A DNA stretch of 64,000 nucleotides from Harriotta raleighana (GCA_050575255.1 JBNZDD010013730.1:5454608-5518607); one strand, 5' to 3'. Counted from the stretch's first letter, positions 1-14,689 are shown. Made by a program: numbers and translations. The notes: generated by a model not told the origin, from the sequence alone.

Positions 1-140
1 GCTCCCACCCTCCCCCTCCCCCCTCGCCCCGAACATTTCCCCCTGCTCGGGTCTTAAATCATCTGTCCAGCGCCTTGGGACGTCCTCCTGACGTGAAACG
101 CGCTCTATAAATGTAATTTTGTTGTTGTTGTTTTGTTGTT
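1..140 (+). mobile_element. L2-clade LINE 3' end with (GTT)n tail, young copy
   Basis: C-rich 3' UTR, then gcgccttgggacgtcctcctgacgtgaaacgcgctctataaatgtaatttt(gtt)n. The same tail recurs at 1138, 1489, 35307, 45805 and 49616. Confidence 0.75.
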
Positions 141-224
141 GTCATACTTTTTCTTTGGCAAACTATGTATCTGACATATCAGTCATGAAGAAAGGCCAGG
201 AAAATGGAACAGAAAGAATTATTG

Positions 225-290
225 TTAAAGAAATGGGCAGACACAATGGGCCTTCTTCTGTGCTGGACATTTCTTTGACTCTATGTTGCA
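225..290 (+). mobile_element. CR1-type LINE/SINE 3' tail remnant
   Basis: gcagacacaatgggccttcttctgtgctg...actctatg, similar to 46760-46822. Confidence 0.45.
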
Positions 291-879
291 TGTTGAAATC
301 AATAACCATGTTTACTCACTTTCTGGAGAGTTGCACCCTGATGTTTCAATTCCAGAGATTAATAGATCTGGGTTCAAAAGAGCTGAAATTTGGAGAACCC
401 AGAGTATATGTTGGGGGTACTGCTGGAGTTCAACCAGCTGAAGACCCAAGCTGCCAAGCTTCCCACTGTTTATCTAGCTAAGAAACCTATCCATTTGAGC
501 TTTTTCTTGCAAGGTAAACAGAAGCTGAGTGGGAAGATTCCCTTCTCCCAGTCTGTCCCTCTAAGTTCTGCCAATAAGTTAGGCTAGCTAGTCTTTCATC
601 AGCAGTGCCCAGGAGCACTGCAGATCCATCTGCTCAGTAACTGGACTATTGAGTCTGCCATAGAGGGTTGACTTGATTCCAGTATTCTGTTGCTTAGCGC
701 CTTGGAGCCAGCTCAACTCCAAGGGTACTCCGCTGACTTCACCCTCTCCCAGGTGTATAGTCAAATCTATTAAAGGCTGGCCTCTGAAGGTTGTCAAACA
801 GATCAATAGCAGTTCATTACTGGGCCCAAACACGTTCTCTCAAATAGAAGGCTATTTGGGGAACGCTCCTCACTCGTCT

Positions 880-1135
880 CCACATTCCACCAACCACAAC
901 GTTCAGCTGATCCAAAACCCCACCAACCGCTGCAGAATGATCACCCAGATACTCCCAAGACTCCACTGGCTCCATCATGTCATCATGGCCCCAATCTGTG
1001 GAATTCCCTGCCTCTATATATCCTCCTCACCTCTATAGATCCTCCTCAATCCTTTCTCTATCATCTTTATATCCCACCTTTAAAATGGACCTCTTCAGTC
1101 ATACCTAAAGTCACCTCTCCATTCCGCCCAGCTTG
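880..1135 (+). mobile_element. Decayed L2 ORF2 C-terminal fragment
   Basis: VQLIQN....ITQILPRLHWL in ORF 673..1038 resembles the L2 LQLIQNAAAR..ITP.L..LHWLP motif. Confidence 0.6.
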
Positions 1136-1137
1136 TT

Positions 1138-1540
1138 AACAACAACAACAAAATTTAATTTACAAAGTGCCTTTTACATCGGGAGGATGTCACTTGGCGC
1201 TGAACAGCCAGGGGTCAGGACCCAAGCATGGGGGACGGGCAGGGTGTAGGGGGAAGGTGCTAGGTGTGAGGGCAACAGAAGGCACAATTGAAAAGAAGGG
1301 TCTTGAGACCAGCCTTGAGGAGGCAAGGGAGGAAGTGAAGAGAAGGGACTGGGCTGGAGTTCCAGAGTATGGGGGCAAAGAGACTGAAAGCCCAGCCACC
1401 AATGTTGGGCGGGAGGCATGAAGCAGACCGGAGCCCGCTGAACAGAGGGTGCAGGCAGGTTGATAGGGGGTCAGCAGGTCGGAGAGATAACAACAACAAC
1501 AAGATTACATTGATAGAGCGCCTTTCACGTCGGGAGGACA
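1138..1540 (-). mobile_element. L2 3' fragment with (AAC)n tail plus a second short tail at 1489-1540
   Basis: Tail motif as at 1-140. Translation LRSAS...IGGWAFS..AP.LWNS.P is typical of the L2 ORF2 end. Confidence 0.72.
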
Positions 1541-4500
1541 GATAGGAACCGGCAGGCTGTTTTTCTGCAATCTGGTCTTGGCAGCGTCAAGTGTCAGAAC
1601 TGAAAGGTCATTCTCTGAAGTCTTTACCACTCAAAAGACCGTGCAAGGGAGACAAAACGCCAAGGAACACATTAGAAACTTATTACCACCACTTGAATTC
1701 ATGATAAATATGAAAGGACACATTGGAATTTCTCCCATAATAAAAACCTCACCGAAAGATTGCAGGATAAGTTAAAGATCAGCAATCTGCAATCGACTCG
1801 TCATTAATACACGTTGAAACAAGTACTGTGACGTTCTTACTGTTTATACTTTTGCTAGACAATAACATGTATATTATTGAAGTCCATATTTTAGCATGAA
1901 ATCATTTTTAATACATTCAGTGATTTCATAGGGATCTAGATGACAAATATTCAATTACGAAAGATTAGGAGAATATGAATAACCATGCTGTTGTCAGAAT
2001 CAATGGCTTCATTTATTCTGATTTACCTATTTTTGCCTAAAGAACTGAAACATTGATAAAAAATGTTTTGCTAAAATTAAACAATGGAAAAAATATGCAG
2101 AGAATAACCAAAGGACCATGAATCATAATCTATATCCATTTGTAAGCCATAGAAATTTAACTTATATTTATTTCCTTTAGAAAATAAATTCCACAACATC
2201 TCATTAAATCGCATACTTGCACTTTAAAAAAAAGTTTGAACTTATTAGTATTTAAATTTTATTGACATATCAATTAAGGTCCTGTAATAATAATCTTTTG
2301 AATGTAACACCTTCTCAAGTCATCAATAAGTCTTAAAGCACTTCACAATATTTACTATAAAGTGCAGTATCACTGTATTGAGACATTGCTTAAGGTACTC
2401 TCTCCTCGTGACATCTGTTTCTAATTTTCATAGCAGTAAACATGCTAGAATTGATGCTCTGTCAATATTAATGATACAAATGCTTCATTAACAATGCAAA
2501 TTTAGGAGAGGTTACATACAGACAACACAAGCAGCAACTTCAGGCATGCACACTTAACAAATCTTGCATGTTAATTATAGGTGCAAGATTGGTTTGTAAA
2601 ATAAGCATTGGCAGAGAGCCAATGCCCGTTACCAATCCATCACTTTTACGAGTGAAAAGTTCTTGCCGCAAGAACTCCACTTCCAGAGTTTGTACGAGGC
2701 TTCCGTTCCCAAGCTATATAACCAACGAGGCCTAAGCCAGTGGACAGCATCAGTCAAAACTGCGTCATCTACATATGATGAAGAAACTCTGAGTGAGTGA
2801 TAACTTGTATGTTGTGTTATACCACAAGTACATGTCACCAAGTCACTCTAAAATGTAGGCACTCGTATGCACATTGAGTATCCAGTTTATTTCCATATCA
2901 TCGACTAATTTAAAAAAAATTAAAATCCTGCTAACTGTAGCAATATGGAAATTAAATCATGCATAAACTGCTTCAGGGCTCCTGGAGGGAAAGTGGACAG
3001 GCAGAAATGAGAGTGGATTCCTTTGGCAAACTTTTTGTCCACAATTTTACATGGAAAGTTTACCAGTGTGGGTGCTGACTAGAAAGCCAACAGGCAAAAA
3101 TACAGTAGTAACAAATGAAACCCACAAACGGGTGAGAATTTGGATTGTTCTGAATGATCCACATCCATTATTGTCTAAAATCAGCACATCGTACAAATTT
3201 ATTTTTCGAATGAAGACACTGTAAGATTTTTTATGTATCGGAACTCCCATCAGTAAACATTGTATTTTAAAGGCAAGCTGGGTTTTTTTCATAAATAAGC
3301 TTCTTTATAAATTCTGATTCTCTGCTACATACACTCCTGCAAAATGCAATTTTGGTCGATCTGGAAAGAGCATAAGAGGATATTGAAGTATAAAAGTGTC
3401 TTTGTCTTAAGTGCTGCAGGCCAGTAATTTTCTGATGACAATACAAAGATTCCTGTTTAGCACAATGCTACTACTGTTTGTAAAGATCGAAATACAAGAC
3501 TGTTTTGCTTAATTAATAAGAGATCAGTTTCTCCAGCTCCAAATGCAACCAACAGTGATATTGAGAGCATGATTTTGAAGCTGTCCAAACTATTTTGTGT
3601 TGTAAAACATACAGTGGAGATTTCTCTCTGCCATTGTCTTTCAACTGGTTAAGATAATGCTTTTGTTCTGTTCAGTCTATTTGTTATCAATTTTACATCA
3701 AAAGTCGCCTCACCTTCCTTTGCAGGATTTTCCGGGTGTACAGGAGATCTTAAATGTACTTTATTAGAATAGCAATAAAGAACGACATCTGAACCTTAAG
3801 CAAAACATTTTTAAAACAAATCTAAACCCCTTGGAAATACCGTACATGCACTATTAAAGGAAAGGCTGCCTTATTTATTATTCTATGGCAAACAACAAAA
3901 CTTTACAAATATTCTTCAATTGCAGCACAAATATATTCACATGAAAAAAGCACTAATGGCAAGACATTTTATTCCCAATTTCTCGCATCAGATTTCAATA
4001 CTGGTAAATTCTTTTATAAGTTTTAAGAGCTTAAAGCTAAGATGAATTGTGTTCATGACATTTTTGAAGGTACTATATATAGATAAGAACATGGCTCCAG
4101 ATAGATCATTAAAAAATTTATATTCGCAAGAGTACAATATTGTGATGCAATTTATTTTATATAGCAGAAAAATATTATGCAAAAGACACGCAGAATTAAG
4201 GTAAATGATGCAATTATACCATATTTACTAAAACGAAGCTGTACCTAATACAATATGTGCATGTAAAAATATTTAAAATGTGACCTCATTTCAATTGTAT
4301 TGCAAACAAGGAAGTGAGGGAGTCAGAGATCATTTATTAGAAATGCAATGATCCTGTATGGCTTTTGACAGAAATTCTAATAATGTGCACTGAGAATGCA
4401 AATGAGAAATTCAGAAGTGCTAATCTTCATACTTTTTGGAAGACAGTACTGTCAAGTCCCTGATAATCAGCCCAGAGGTCAGAGTGCCTGGAGTTTAAAG

Positions 4501-7067
4501 TTGTCAGAGATCTAGCAAGTGTCGCTTTGGGGTGGATGCGCTTTCTTTCTTCATTGTGCAGAAGAATTTTAAATTATTCTGTCATGTCAGCATCTAAACG
4601 CTGAGACGTGGTAATGAGGCAATATCATATTATTGGTTTACAAGAATTTTGGAAATACAGGTGCAAATGGAAAAACAGGGCACTTTCTCCGTGAATTTTT
4701 TTTTATTGACTTTTTTTTTCTAGTATGGATTGTAAGCTAAACACGCTGCACAGTTAGCAATATTTAAAAAAATCAATTTTCTGGTAGAGCCCTTTAAGAG
4801 TCTCTGAATGCATAGACACTAATGACGCTCGGAAAAGCTTGTGTAGGAAATAATTCACAGTGGCAAAGTAGTCAGATTCCATTCAAGTCATGAGCTGTTC
4901 TTGAATGGCAAAATAGCCATTATTAAACAAAACGGTTTGAAGTTGAGATTTTGGCATAAATATTACTTTCAAATCAATTCTTGACAAATTATTGGGGTCG
5001 TTTAACCTAGAATCATTTGGAACAAATTCATTTTCTGTTGTGAATAACTATTAATAACCACCATAATCTATACATTATATTCTGTTCGGTATCAGGTTTT
5101 AATTTCACCCAATAAATAAAGCATTCCCACAAAAAGAACCTGTCTCCATTACTGTTCATCCCAATTAACTACCTGAGTCTACTCTGTTCACCACTGTTCT
5201 GACCCAATTAATTACCACACTGACTGCAGGTGAAAACTCCAAGCATCAGGAAGGTGGGAATAGAACCCTTGTTTTATGCCACAGATTTAATTCAAACATT
5301 TCAGGCAAAAGAAAAAGACAGGATTTGTACTTCTTATACCTACACTTCAGAAATGACAGGGTTCAATACTTACTACAGAAATGTGTATCGTCATTTATTT
5401 CCTTGTGTTGGCAACCGCTGTTGCTTTATCATCATCCCTACCAGAGTTTCTAGTAGAGAAATGCTTTGGTTCTGATTTACATAAAACACAAATAAAATGG
5501 TGCCTGAGAAAAGCCCCCAAACAATAACATGAATCCATCAACTCAATTTCAATTGACTTGATTTTACCTGGTACCACAGAAAACAATGACAGCAGTGAAA
5601 CGTCCCTATCTGACCATCGCATTTTCACCTCAGCTTGTTATGCTTCCATATTCACCAGAGCTCTCACAGTTAAATTAGAAAATTTGGACCAAACTCCCCT
5701 ATGAATAGCAAAATAAACACACTGCTGATGCATGGAGCTCTGTTTCGTTCAGATCGTTATGTCCATTTACAAAAAAAACTGAAAAAGTCAAGGGAATGAT
5801 GGCCACAAATACCATCTGATATAATACTTCATACTTTCTCGTTATACAATTGTATAAACACATATTTTCGCATGACATTATCAAGCAGATTTGAGCTCAC
5901 TGGAAAAGAAGGAAACAAATGAGAGAGAGGGAAAAAGAGAGACCAAAAAAGGAAGTATGTTCACTTATCAAACCGTTATAAACCTGGATTTGGATGAAAT
6001 CAGATACGAGTTAATTCCTTGCATGCATACAAATGAAAAGTAATTGCATTGCTATTCTACAGGGCAACAAGATTGGCTTATTGAGATTTGCTGCCTATCA
6101 GGGAAAGCAAAATAATAACTGCAGCATAATTATATGTACATATGCAAGGACAGACGCCCATCTTCTGAGATCCCAGATAATTCCTTATAAGGATAGAAAA
6201 TTATGGTAAATGCGAGAGTTAGAATAATCATAGAGAATGGCAAATTTTTAAACATTATTTGCAATATTATTACTGCAATTCTCAGCTCTATTGATTTTAA
6301 TGCAGACAATAAGCTGTAATTTTTTTTTTTAAATGAGCAATGCCTAATAAAATAAACAATGTTTAATTTCATTTAAAAGTTTCAGGTCAAACATATTTTC
6401 TTTTCCCTGTAATAATGGGCAGCAGTGGATATAGTTCAACGGACACAACCTGCATGCATGTTTGCGATGCTTTCATTCTGACCAAGATAGATGACAAGCG
6501 CATTACAATATTTGGCAAGAGTTAAAAATGTTTCGACTTCAGCAGTAAATTAAATTCACATTTTGTAAAGGAATATGTCATGGGCTCAGAATTTGCAGAA
6601 ATAAAGAGAAGATGGCTTTACTTGGAGCTTAAATGATCATTCATTGTCTTGTGTAACATGCAAAACTCTATTAGACATCTTAATCCAAGATTCCACAAAA
6701 TAAAATTTAGTGACAGTGTGTGTTACAAGTGAGCAGATTGGCTTTACAGGCTGATCTCATCACCCTTGATTCAAGGAAACAGAACTTGGTCCATGTGTGC
6801 TTAAGATCATGCCGAGAACTTAACTCACCGGTCTCTAGAGGGCTGCCATTGAAGTATGTAATTAAAGAGTCAATGGGAAAGTCAGCTCTTTTCTAGAATT
6901 TGAAGGTGCTACATGGATTCCCTTGAGTTCTTTTTAAAGATGTCTAAAATGTTATTGGTTACAATACAAACAGTAACAGATCAGTTTTATTCAAGTAATC
7001 TGAAATACTAAAGTTAAACTAATTTCCCAGAAATCATTTGAACCTTATGGCAAGAGATAATCTTCAC

Positions 7068-7175
7068 AATAATCCTTCATTTGATATTGTGCCTTAATAC
7101 ATCATCGAGACGTTTCAAAGTGCTTCACAGAATATACTGTGAAGTGAATTGATTGTATATTTTGTGGGCAAAATC
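7068..7175 (-). mobile_element. tRNA-SINE 3' half
   Basis: Matches the 3' part of the full copy at 46420-46705 (gcttcacagaatatact..aagtgaattga.tgtatattt.gtgggcaaaa). Confidence 0.75.
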
Positions 7176-8647
7176 TTGCAACAACATGTATTTGCAATTT
7201 AGCTGAGCCATGGTATGAAAGTAGAAGTCAGCATTGATGGAGAGGTGCGTTCCACAGAGTTCCCATTACCAATGCAATACAAAACCACAGTTAGCAGTGT
7301 GAGCCTAGCTGGAAAAGGAGCAGGAAGCTAGCCAGACAACACTCTCAATGGAAAACGTTATAGGGTTTTAGCTAGTTAAGCTCTAACAGAACCCAAATGG
7401 GGTCCCCAAGCCTTGACTCCCACCAACATGTGCCTAGTACACTTCAAAATTGAATAAGCAGGATTCGTCCCACATTCCATACCAGCCACAGGGAAATTTT
7501 AATGCATAGGTCTGGTGTGAATACTCCTTATTATAGTGATGGTTTTCTGCATGTGTCAGACACTTGTCTGACCAAACAAATATATTTACTCCTCAGCAAA
7601 TAAAATATATCTACCAGTAGATTATTTCACATCTTTTTTGCTGTAAAAGTAGAAACACTCCCTTCAGTCTGACCTGGAGGGTCAGTGTGTAAAGTAGACT
7701 ACTGTGGAGTTCTTAATACTACAGCTATAATGAAGACTCTGATTCTGAATCAAGTAAATCAACCTTATATTCTGAAGGAGCTCATTTAGTACAATATTAT
7801 TGAAGTGGCACCACCAACATCATATTTCCAATTGATCAGGGGGAAGGAGTGAGCAGGGAGTATGACTGCAAAAGATCACAGAGGTGATGTTCAGTCAATG
7901 GAGTATGGATTGGTCAGATTTGCTTCTTTGCTTCACATCCTCTCTGACCAAGGTCAAGTTAACCAAATCCAATTTCCGCTGTAAAAATAAAATGACCCAA
8001 TGAATCAAATGTTATCCTAAGAATCCAAAGAGAGGAAACATCTAGATAGTAACACATATCCAACACTTTCATATATGCAAGTTATAATAAGAAACTAGAA
8101 GGATTCCCTTTCTCCTTGTGTGAGCATCAGCCAGGAATGTTCAAAGTGATTTAGAAAAACTCTGCATTGCTCAGACGGATAGATTAGCAGTTATATTAAT
8201 GTAGTTAAATACTTATGTTTTGTTCTCTTCGGACTATGTAATTTCTTTGAGATGATCTTTTCAGATGGGTCACAATGCCATCTTGTTTTGTGGCAGCCTT
8301 CATAAACATGATGAATTATTTGCCTCTATATAACCATTTCAAGGTGACATTCCTGGCCTGAATTGTCATTTTCACACCAGCTACATTTTCCTCAGGCACT
8401 GTAGTTACTCTTACACTTGTTTGCTTAAAGAGATTAGTTACTATCTGTCAGTAATTACTTGCGAAGCATTTGAGACACTAATACTTTAATGCTAGGTTAT
8501 CTTGCTTGCAGTACTCGACTGTTAACACAAGTGACCATTTATCCAATGGGAAAGATATTCAGCTAACAGCAGCATTAACTTATTGCAAGAAAAGCATATC
8601 CTCTAATGACTATCTTTGTTTTTCTCCAATAAATAACATGTCAGAAT

Positions 8648-8884
8648 CGCCATGTTGTTCAGGATGTATTGGCAACTAGAAATTTGCAGTATTTTGTCCA
8701 ATATAGGTTCTGATCCAACAATGTAAAATCTGAGGATTGAATTTGTAATTTCAATGCACTCAAAGTATGGATTTTNCGCCATGTTGTTCAGGATGTATTG
8801 GCAACTAGAAATTTGCAGTATTTTGTTCAATACAGGTTCTGATCCAACAATGTAAAATCTGAGGATTGAATTTGTAATTTCAAT
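8648..8884. repeat. ~108-bp duplication around a single N (8776), probable assembly artefact
   Basis: 8648-8755 vs 8777-8884, two substitutions. Confidence 0.85.
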
Positions 8885-9189
8885 AGTATCTGCATATTTA
8901 AATGTTTTCTCTTATGGGAGGTTGCATATTCAAAATTGGTGTAATAAGCCACAACATCAGTCAATACCACCAGAGAGATTTGTATAGAGACACAGACACT
9001 TACAGTCAGAGGTAGCTACAGGTACCTGTTAGTCTTCCTCTTCCAGAAACATCTCACCAAATTTGAATTTTGCCACAGATGAACAAGATATCATTGAAGT
9101 CAAAGAAAATGACACATACAGAATTCCACTGTATGCCACCCCGTATCCATTTATCGAATGGAAAATATTCCTCTCACGGAAACAAAATA

Positions 9190-9542
9190 CAGTAAAACAT
9201 TGTTTATCTAGTTCCCAACCAACTGGTATACTCAACCAACTGGTATCTCCCAATTGTAAAGGGAGATCCAGGACGCTCGCTCAGACGCATGCACACTTAT
9301 TAAAGTTACCGAACGCTGGAATGCTTTTTTACCGATCATTTTACCGAGTGTGCTAGAATGCTTTATTGGTAAGTATCCATCCAATATTCTCTTATTATTT
9401 AGTCTACTATTAATATGGTATGTTTTAAAACAAGTTAATTTTTTGAGTAGGATTTTCGCCAACTTGCCGCTCGAATATCCGGCATATTTGGCTAACCGAC
9501 ATATTCAAGGTCCCGAGGTTGCGGATAACTAAGGTTTTACTG
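9190..9542. mobile_element. Tc1/mariner (Tigger/pogo-like) MITE, 353 bp
   Basis: Imperfect TIRs CAGTAAAACattgtTTATC / GATAActaagGTTTTACTG flanked by TA on both sides (9188-89, 9543-44). No ORF. Confidence 0.75.
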
Positions 9543-10289
9543 TATTCTGAATAGCTGTGAGGGCGGTTATGTGAGTATATTCAACTGCACTACAGGATAT
9601 TGAGATAGGCAGCAATGCCTAAAAAAAGCTTGGTTAATTTTCCATTGCTGCTGTGCTCACGTTGGGCAACTAATATATTCTCCAGGCAATGCACAAGTGA
9701 ATCAATAAATCACTTTGAACATTCCTGAGTGACTCAATGAATATAGCCATTCCAGATGGAGTCTGAAAAAGCCCCACATAGCAAGAATATAAAAAACTAT
9801 CACCTTACTTCATATCCATATTGTGGTCTATTTCTTAATGGGATTGTTTAATAAGGAATCCCGTTAGAATTCCCGTCAAATCAAAGGACCTATATATGCA
9901 TCTCAGCGCAAACCACAGAAAAGGATTATGTACTGCACTAGTGTGTCATTTTTCACACTAGTCATCATCTGGCCCGTCTGAATAAGATTGCTGACGAGTG
10001 CCGAATTAAGAACAATTTTGTGCTCTGAACTCCTGTCCACTGGGAGCTTGGTTATGGCAGCCCAGTCATTTCACACGCAACGTACAGTTAAGAAATTAGA
10101 TGGAACTTTCCGGATCAGATCCGACAGGTTTCGAACCCTCGCCCCAAAGTTGAAATGCCCGAGTACAACCCGCTGTCAACTTCCTCTTCCCACATTTTTA
10201 AATTACGCCATGAATGAAAAAAATGACTGTACTTCCATTCAATAACACTAACTACATTCTAGTACTCCACCCAAGTGATCATTATTCTT

Positions 10290-10560
10290 GCGTGAGCTTG
10301 GGCAGTAAGTAATTACAAGGTATTTGACTACCCCAACCTAAATCAGTCGTCATCCACACACACACACATACTATCCAGTTGGGCTCCTGGACACCAGTTA
10401 GGGGCAGCAATCTTAGACAATATTCACCTTGTTAACAAAGAGACACTATAACAAATTGTTGTGCCTGAGATCATCTGACTCATTTGCACAAACCTGGATT
10501 CAGACCTGCAACTTTCCCAGCATTACTCCAGGCAGTGCTTATATTACTGGCGCATTGGAG
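10290..10560 (-). mobile_element. Old SINE-like repeat family, diverged copy
   Basis: Similar by eye to 52100-52300 (same orientation) and to 26690-26890, 32945-33060, 37115-37240, 48430-48520 (opposite orientation). Confidence 0.45.
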
Positions 10561-13500
10561 GAGCTCCAGGCGTTCAAGCATTATTAATTCAATCGAAACT
10601 GGTTCAGATTATGATTTTAATTTGGATCTTCAGGCAAAGTTCTTACCACAGGAATAATCTTCCATAAATATAGCCTCAAGAATGTATATAAAAGACAAAG
10701 TCAACTCCCTTTCATTACATTTTCTTGAACTGATAACAAAATTCTGCAGATATCATGATCTGATGTATGTATACTAAAATGCATACATTTTATGGAAAGC
10801 TTGATCTATGTTTAATGGAAATACTTGATCTATGCTGTCTTTGCAAATTAGTGATAATTTCCAGATAATATATTCTGCTCTGTGAATATAGTCTCACTTG
10901 ATTTAAGAGAAAGCACAGCCAGAATATGATGGAGACTACATTCACCTACAAATTCCTTATCGTGCACTCGTCCCAAATATCCAATATTAGTTTTTATGAT
11001 CTTGCAGTTCAGAATTTTATAAAAGAGTTTTATTGGTCTAGACCTTGCGGCAATAGACATCATTGAACACTTAAAGGGCCTGTCTATAGAAACATATATT
11101 GGTGAGTAAATTGAGACTTTCATTTAAATGAATGTGACATACACAGTTATGCTGTAGGATAAAATAAGTGATCAGACCAAAGTGTTTGTGAGCAAATAAT
11201 TTTGGTACAGTAATAACAAGTTCCATTAATAACATTTTGGGTCCAGATTTTTCTTACATTAAAATCACACTCTATTCCTTCAATAATATGAACACATCAC
11301 TTTGGTCTTTCTGAAATCCATTTTTACTGGAAGAAATGTAAAGAATGCTAGTTTTTTTTTTAATGATTTTACTTACTAAGCGACCCATGCATTATTATTA
11401 GAATAATAATCCTTGCATTTGATATAATGCTTTTCATGTCTTCTGAATAAGTGTGATGGAAACATTTCTCCTCAATTACAAGCATTAAGTACTCCCAGGG
11501 CAGATAAAAAACAGGATAAAGATTTTGTTGGAACTTTCCCTACTTAACCCCCAAATTATATACAGCTGTATGATGTGAACTCTTGTCCAGGAGGAAATAC
11601 ATTGTGAATCCCCAATCTCACTTCATCCGGGATGCTTATTAGTCATTAGATGTTGGAATCCTTTGAGACAGCCACCCGACATGAAAGGCAGAATATAAAT
11701 GTAAATTGTTTGTGACTTTTTCTGTCTGTCCAAGTTAACTTAAAACTATATCCCAAAATTAGTCGAATGAGGTCACACATCGGTTGGTTAACATTATTCT
11801 GTATTGGAATCTGTATTTCTGTGTCCAGTATACAGATTTCTCCAATGATGGACATCTGATCAGATATGATGTAGCTCCTCCTCTGAAGTGATACATTAAT
11901 AGTTTTTTTATTAAATTTTGACCATCATTCAAGTACATTTACCCTGACACATTAACCACCAAATATCAAAGGACAAAATAGTTTTATAGGCAATAATCAA
12001 TTATCAATGATGATTTACAGATGTGCTGTGTCTTCAGCTTGTATTATTGTATTATCTCCTTCTCTGCAAACTAATAGAGCCCATATTTATATATATCTTA
12101 AATTTACCATTCATTATTTGATATGTTCCAAAACATCTGCAAAATGAAACCCCCGCAGAATGCTCTCTTTTCAAGATTGTTTAACACACAAGAATGTATT
12201 AACTGTGACATGCAACAGAGCACAAATCAAACTTGAACCAAGTCAGCACATACAGCAGGAATTCCATTAGCCAGGGGGTACACACATAGCACAGGACCAA
12301 ATAAGTCCAAACCCACACAAAGATTCCAGCTGAAACTACATACTCTATGGAACATGTTAAGCCCTTAATAAGCTCCTTTATCTTTCTGGCCCTTTGCTTC
12401 TAATTAGACACAGTTACAGAAACTTAACTTAAGCATTGCTACTCCACAACTTCCTCAACTTTGCAGCTTTTAAGATTTTTTTTGCATCACATTTTACTGC
12501 TGCCATTTGGGGCACATTTGTAAATTGATGTATTGAAATAAAAAGATCCCTCATTGCCTACATTTCATCAGATAAAGGGCCCCGTTCATAATTCCCCCAC
12601 CCCCTCACCCTCTTCCCAGACGGCATGCAGACGTGGAAAAATTCACCCTTGCTGGATGCAGGATAGTCATTGTGGTGTCTCTACATTCTTTGGAAGCTCA
12701 ATTTCATGTTGATGCATGCCTTCCCTGGTCACACACATGGCAAGTGTTTGCACATTCATATAGTAACTCTACTCCAGCTGACAACATGACAGCATACAGA
12801 AGATGCTTTCAAAGAATAAAATCTAACACTGATTAATCATTTATTCTTTCTTCTACAACATGCCAGCTGACAGACTTGCTTATCAAAGTACATTTTCCTC
12901 AAGAAGTTCCTCTATGCAAGTGGGTAGTCGTAGTTAAGCATATTCTCACAATGCGAATGGCGCTGTACAAATGTAATTTTGTTTGGTTGTTGTTACTAAT
13001 TATCCCAGACCACATCTACCCTGATATTAAAAACTACATTTAGCTATCGACCTCAGTAGCCTTGAATGGATTGTTCCACTATCAAGCAGCGGTGAACAAT
13101 ATTCTTTCATTTAGCATTTTAAAACATTGTTTTCCTCAATGTCCATGCAACACAATGTCCTTTGAAAATACTGTGCAAGAGTTGAGTGTAAAGAAGCTAA
13201 GTTAAGGAAAAAGCCTCAACCACAAAATCTCATATCGCTTCTAAGAAACATCAAATCCTTAAAATGTAAGCCATTCATTGCTCAATCAGCAGGAGTTATT
13301 TTCCAAAAGTAATCCAAAAGCACAAGTTAGAGATTTGACAATGAAGCAAGATTTACCCAGACCATGGTTTGACAAGTCACCAATGAGTTCATTTCCTTTC
13401 ATAAAATGCAGGGACATAGTAGCACTTGTTCTACGTTTCTACAAAAAGGGTTGTGTTCCTTCAACGGTCATGGAGAATGAAATGTGGTAGACCCTTCAAA

Positions 13501-14689
13501 AATCTCAAATGTATCCCTTTTCTAAAGAAAGATAGCTCCGAGCCGTTGAAAGATAGAAGTTAAACGATTCAACACAATGTATTATTATTTGGGTTTTTTG
13601 AACCATAACCCTAGGGCAAAGTTTAGTACTGTACATACAATAGCGTCACAGAGCCTCACCTGGTTTATGTTCTCGCCATGCAAGAGGAGGAGGAAAAGAG
13701 AGACAATAAAGACAAAGAAAACAAACATTTGTATACCATAGCAATCGAATGGATATTCATTTATTTCTTGATGGGGGATGCAAAAAATATTAGAAGCACA
13801 TCCGGGAAAAGCATTAGATTCATTGTAATACTGTACAGAGGAGAAGTCTGATCCCAATCAGGAGGCATGAGGAATGACTAGCAGATAAATGCATTTTCTG
13901 GGAAGAATTGTTCCAATTATTGGGTTATGTGTGTGAAATTTACATTACAGTTGTATACGGTTTGCTTGATTAATCTACCTCACTACCTTTAGAGACTAGA
14001 TGTCTCCAGAATAGTGGATATACTGCAAGACATGAGCAGCTCTTTCAAGAGCTCAAGTACTGCAATGGGAATTATAGCTATTTCCACAAAATGTGTGTGT
14101 GCAAGTGGGAACAGGAGAATTAAATAATGCAGAAGGGCTACAGAGGAAGCAGGAAGAGAAAACAGAGAGAAAGATATCGGGGATTAAGAAAGGTGAGCCT
14201 GTGCAGAACAAAAGACATTATACAATCGGAATACAGCAAATTAAATATGAATCATTTTCATTCAAATTAAATTTGTTTCTTTGGTCCAAGTCGCTGTTTA
14301 TATCACAGCTCCATTAATTTGGGAATTCAAAGCTAATGACTAGAGATTCGCTGCAATCCATGTTCATCTTTTTGATGTGTCGATAGTTTTTACTGAATTT
14401 CTGTGCACATTGTAGCAAATAGTCTAGCTGAATCTCATTTTACCCTAATCCTAAAACTTGTTAAAATTCACATTAATATACCCCTGTGTACAAGGAAATG
14501 AAAAAATAGACTGAGTTTCATTTCTGTTGAAACCAACAGATTCCAGAATCTAAGCTTGCAACAAAATATTAAAATGGTTTATGTACAGAAAGATATCCAT
14601 TTGGTAGTTTTCATTACTGCGTTTAACATTGGCATTTAGACATTCTGAGAAATCGTATTGTACGTGATTATTATGTTTAACCCTTTATT

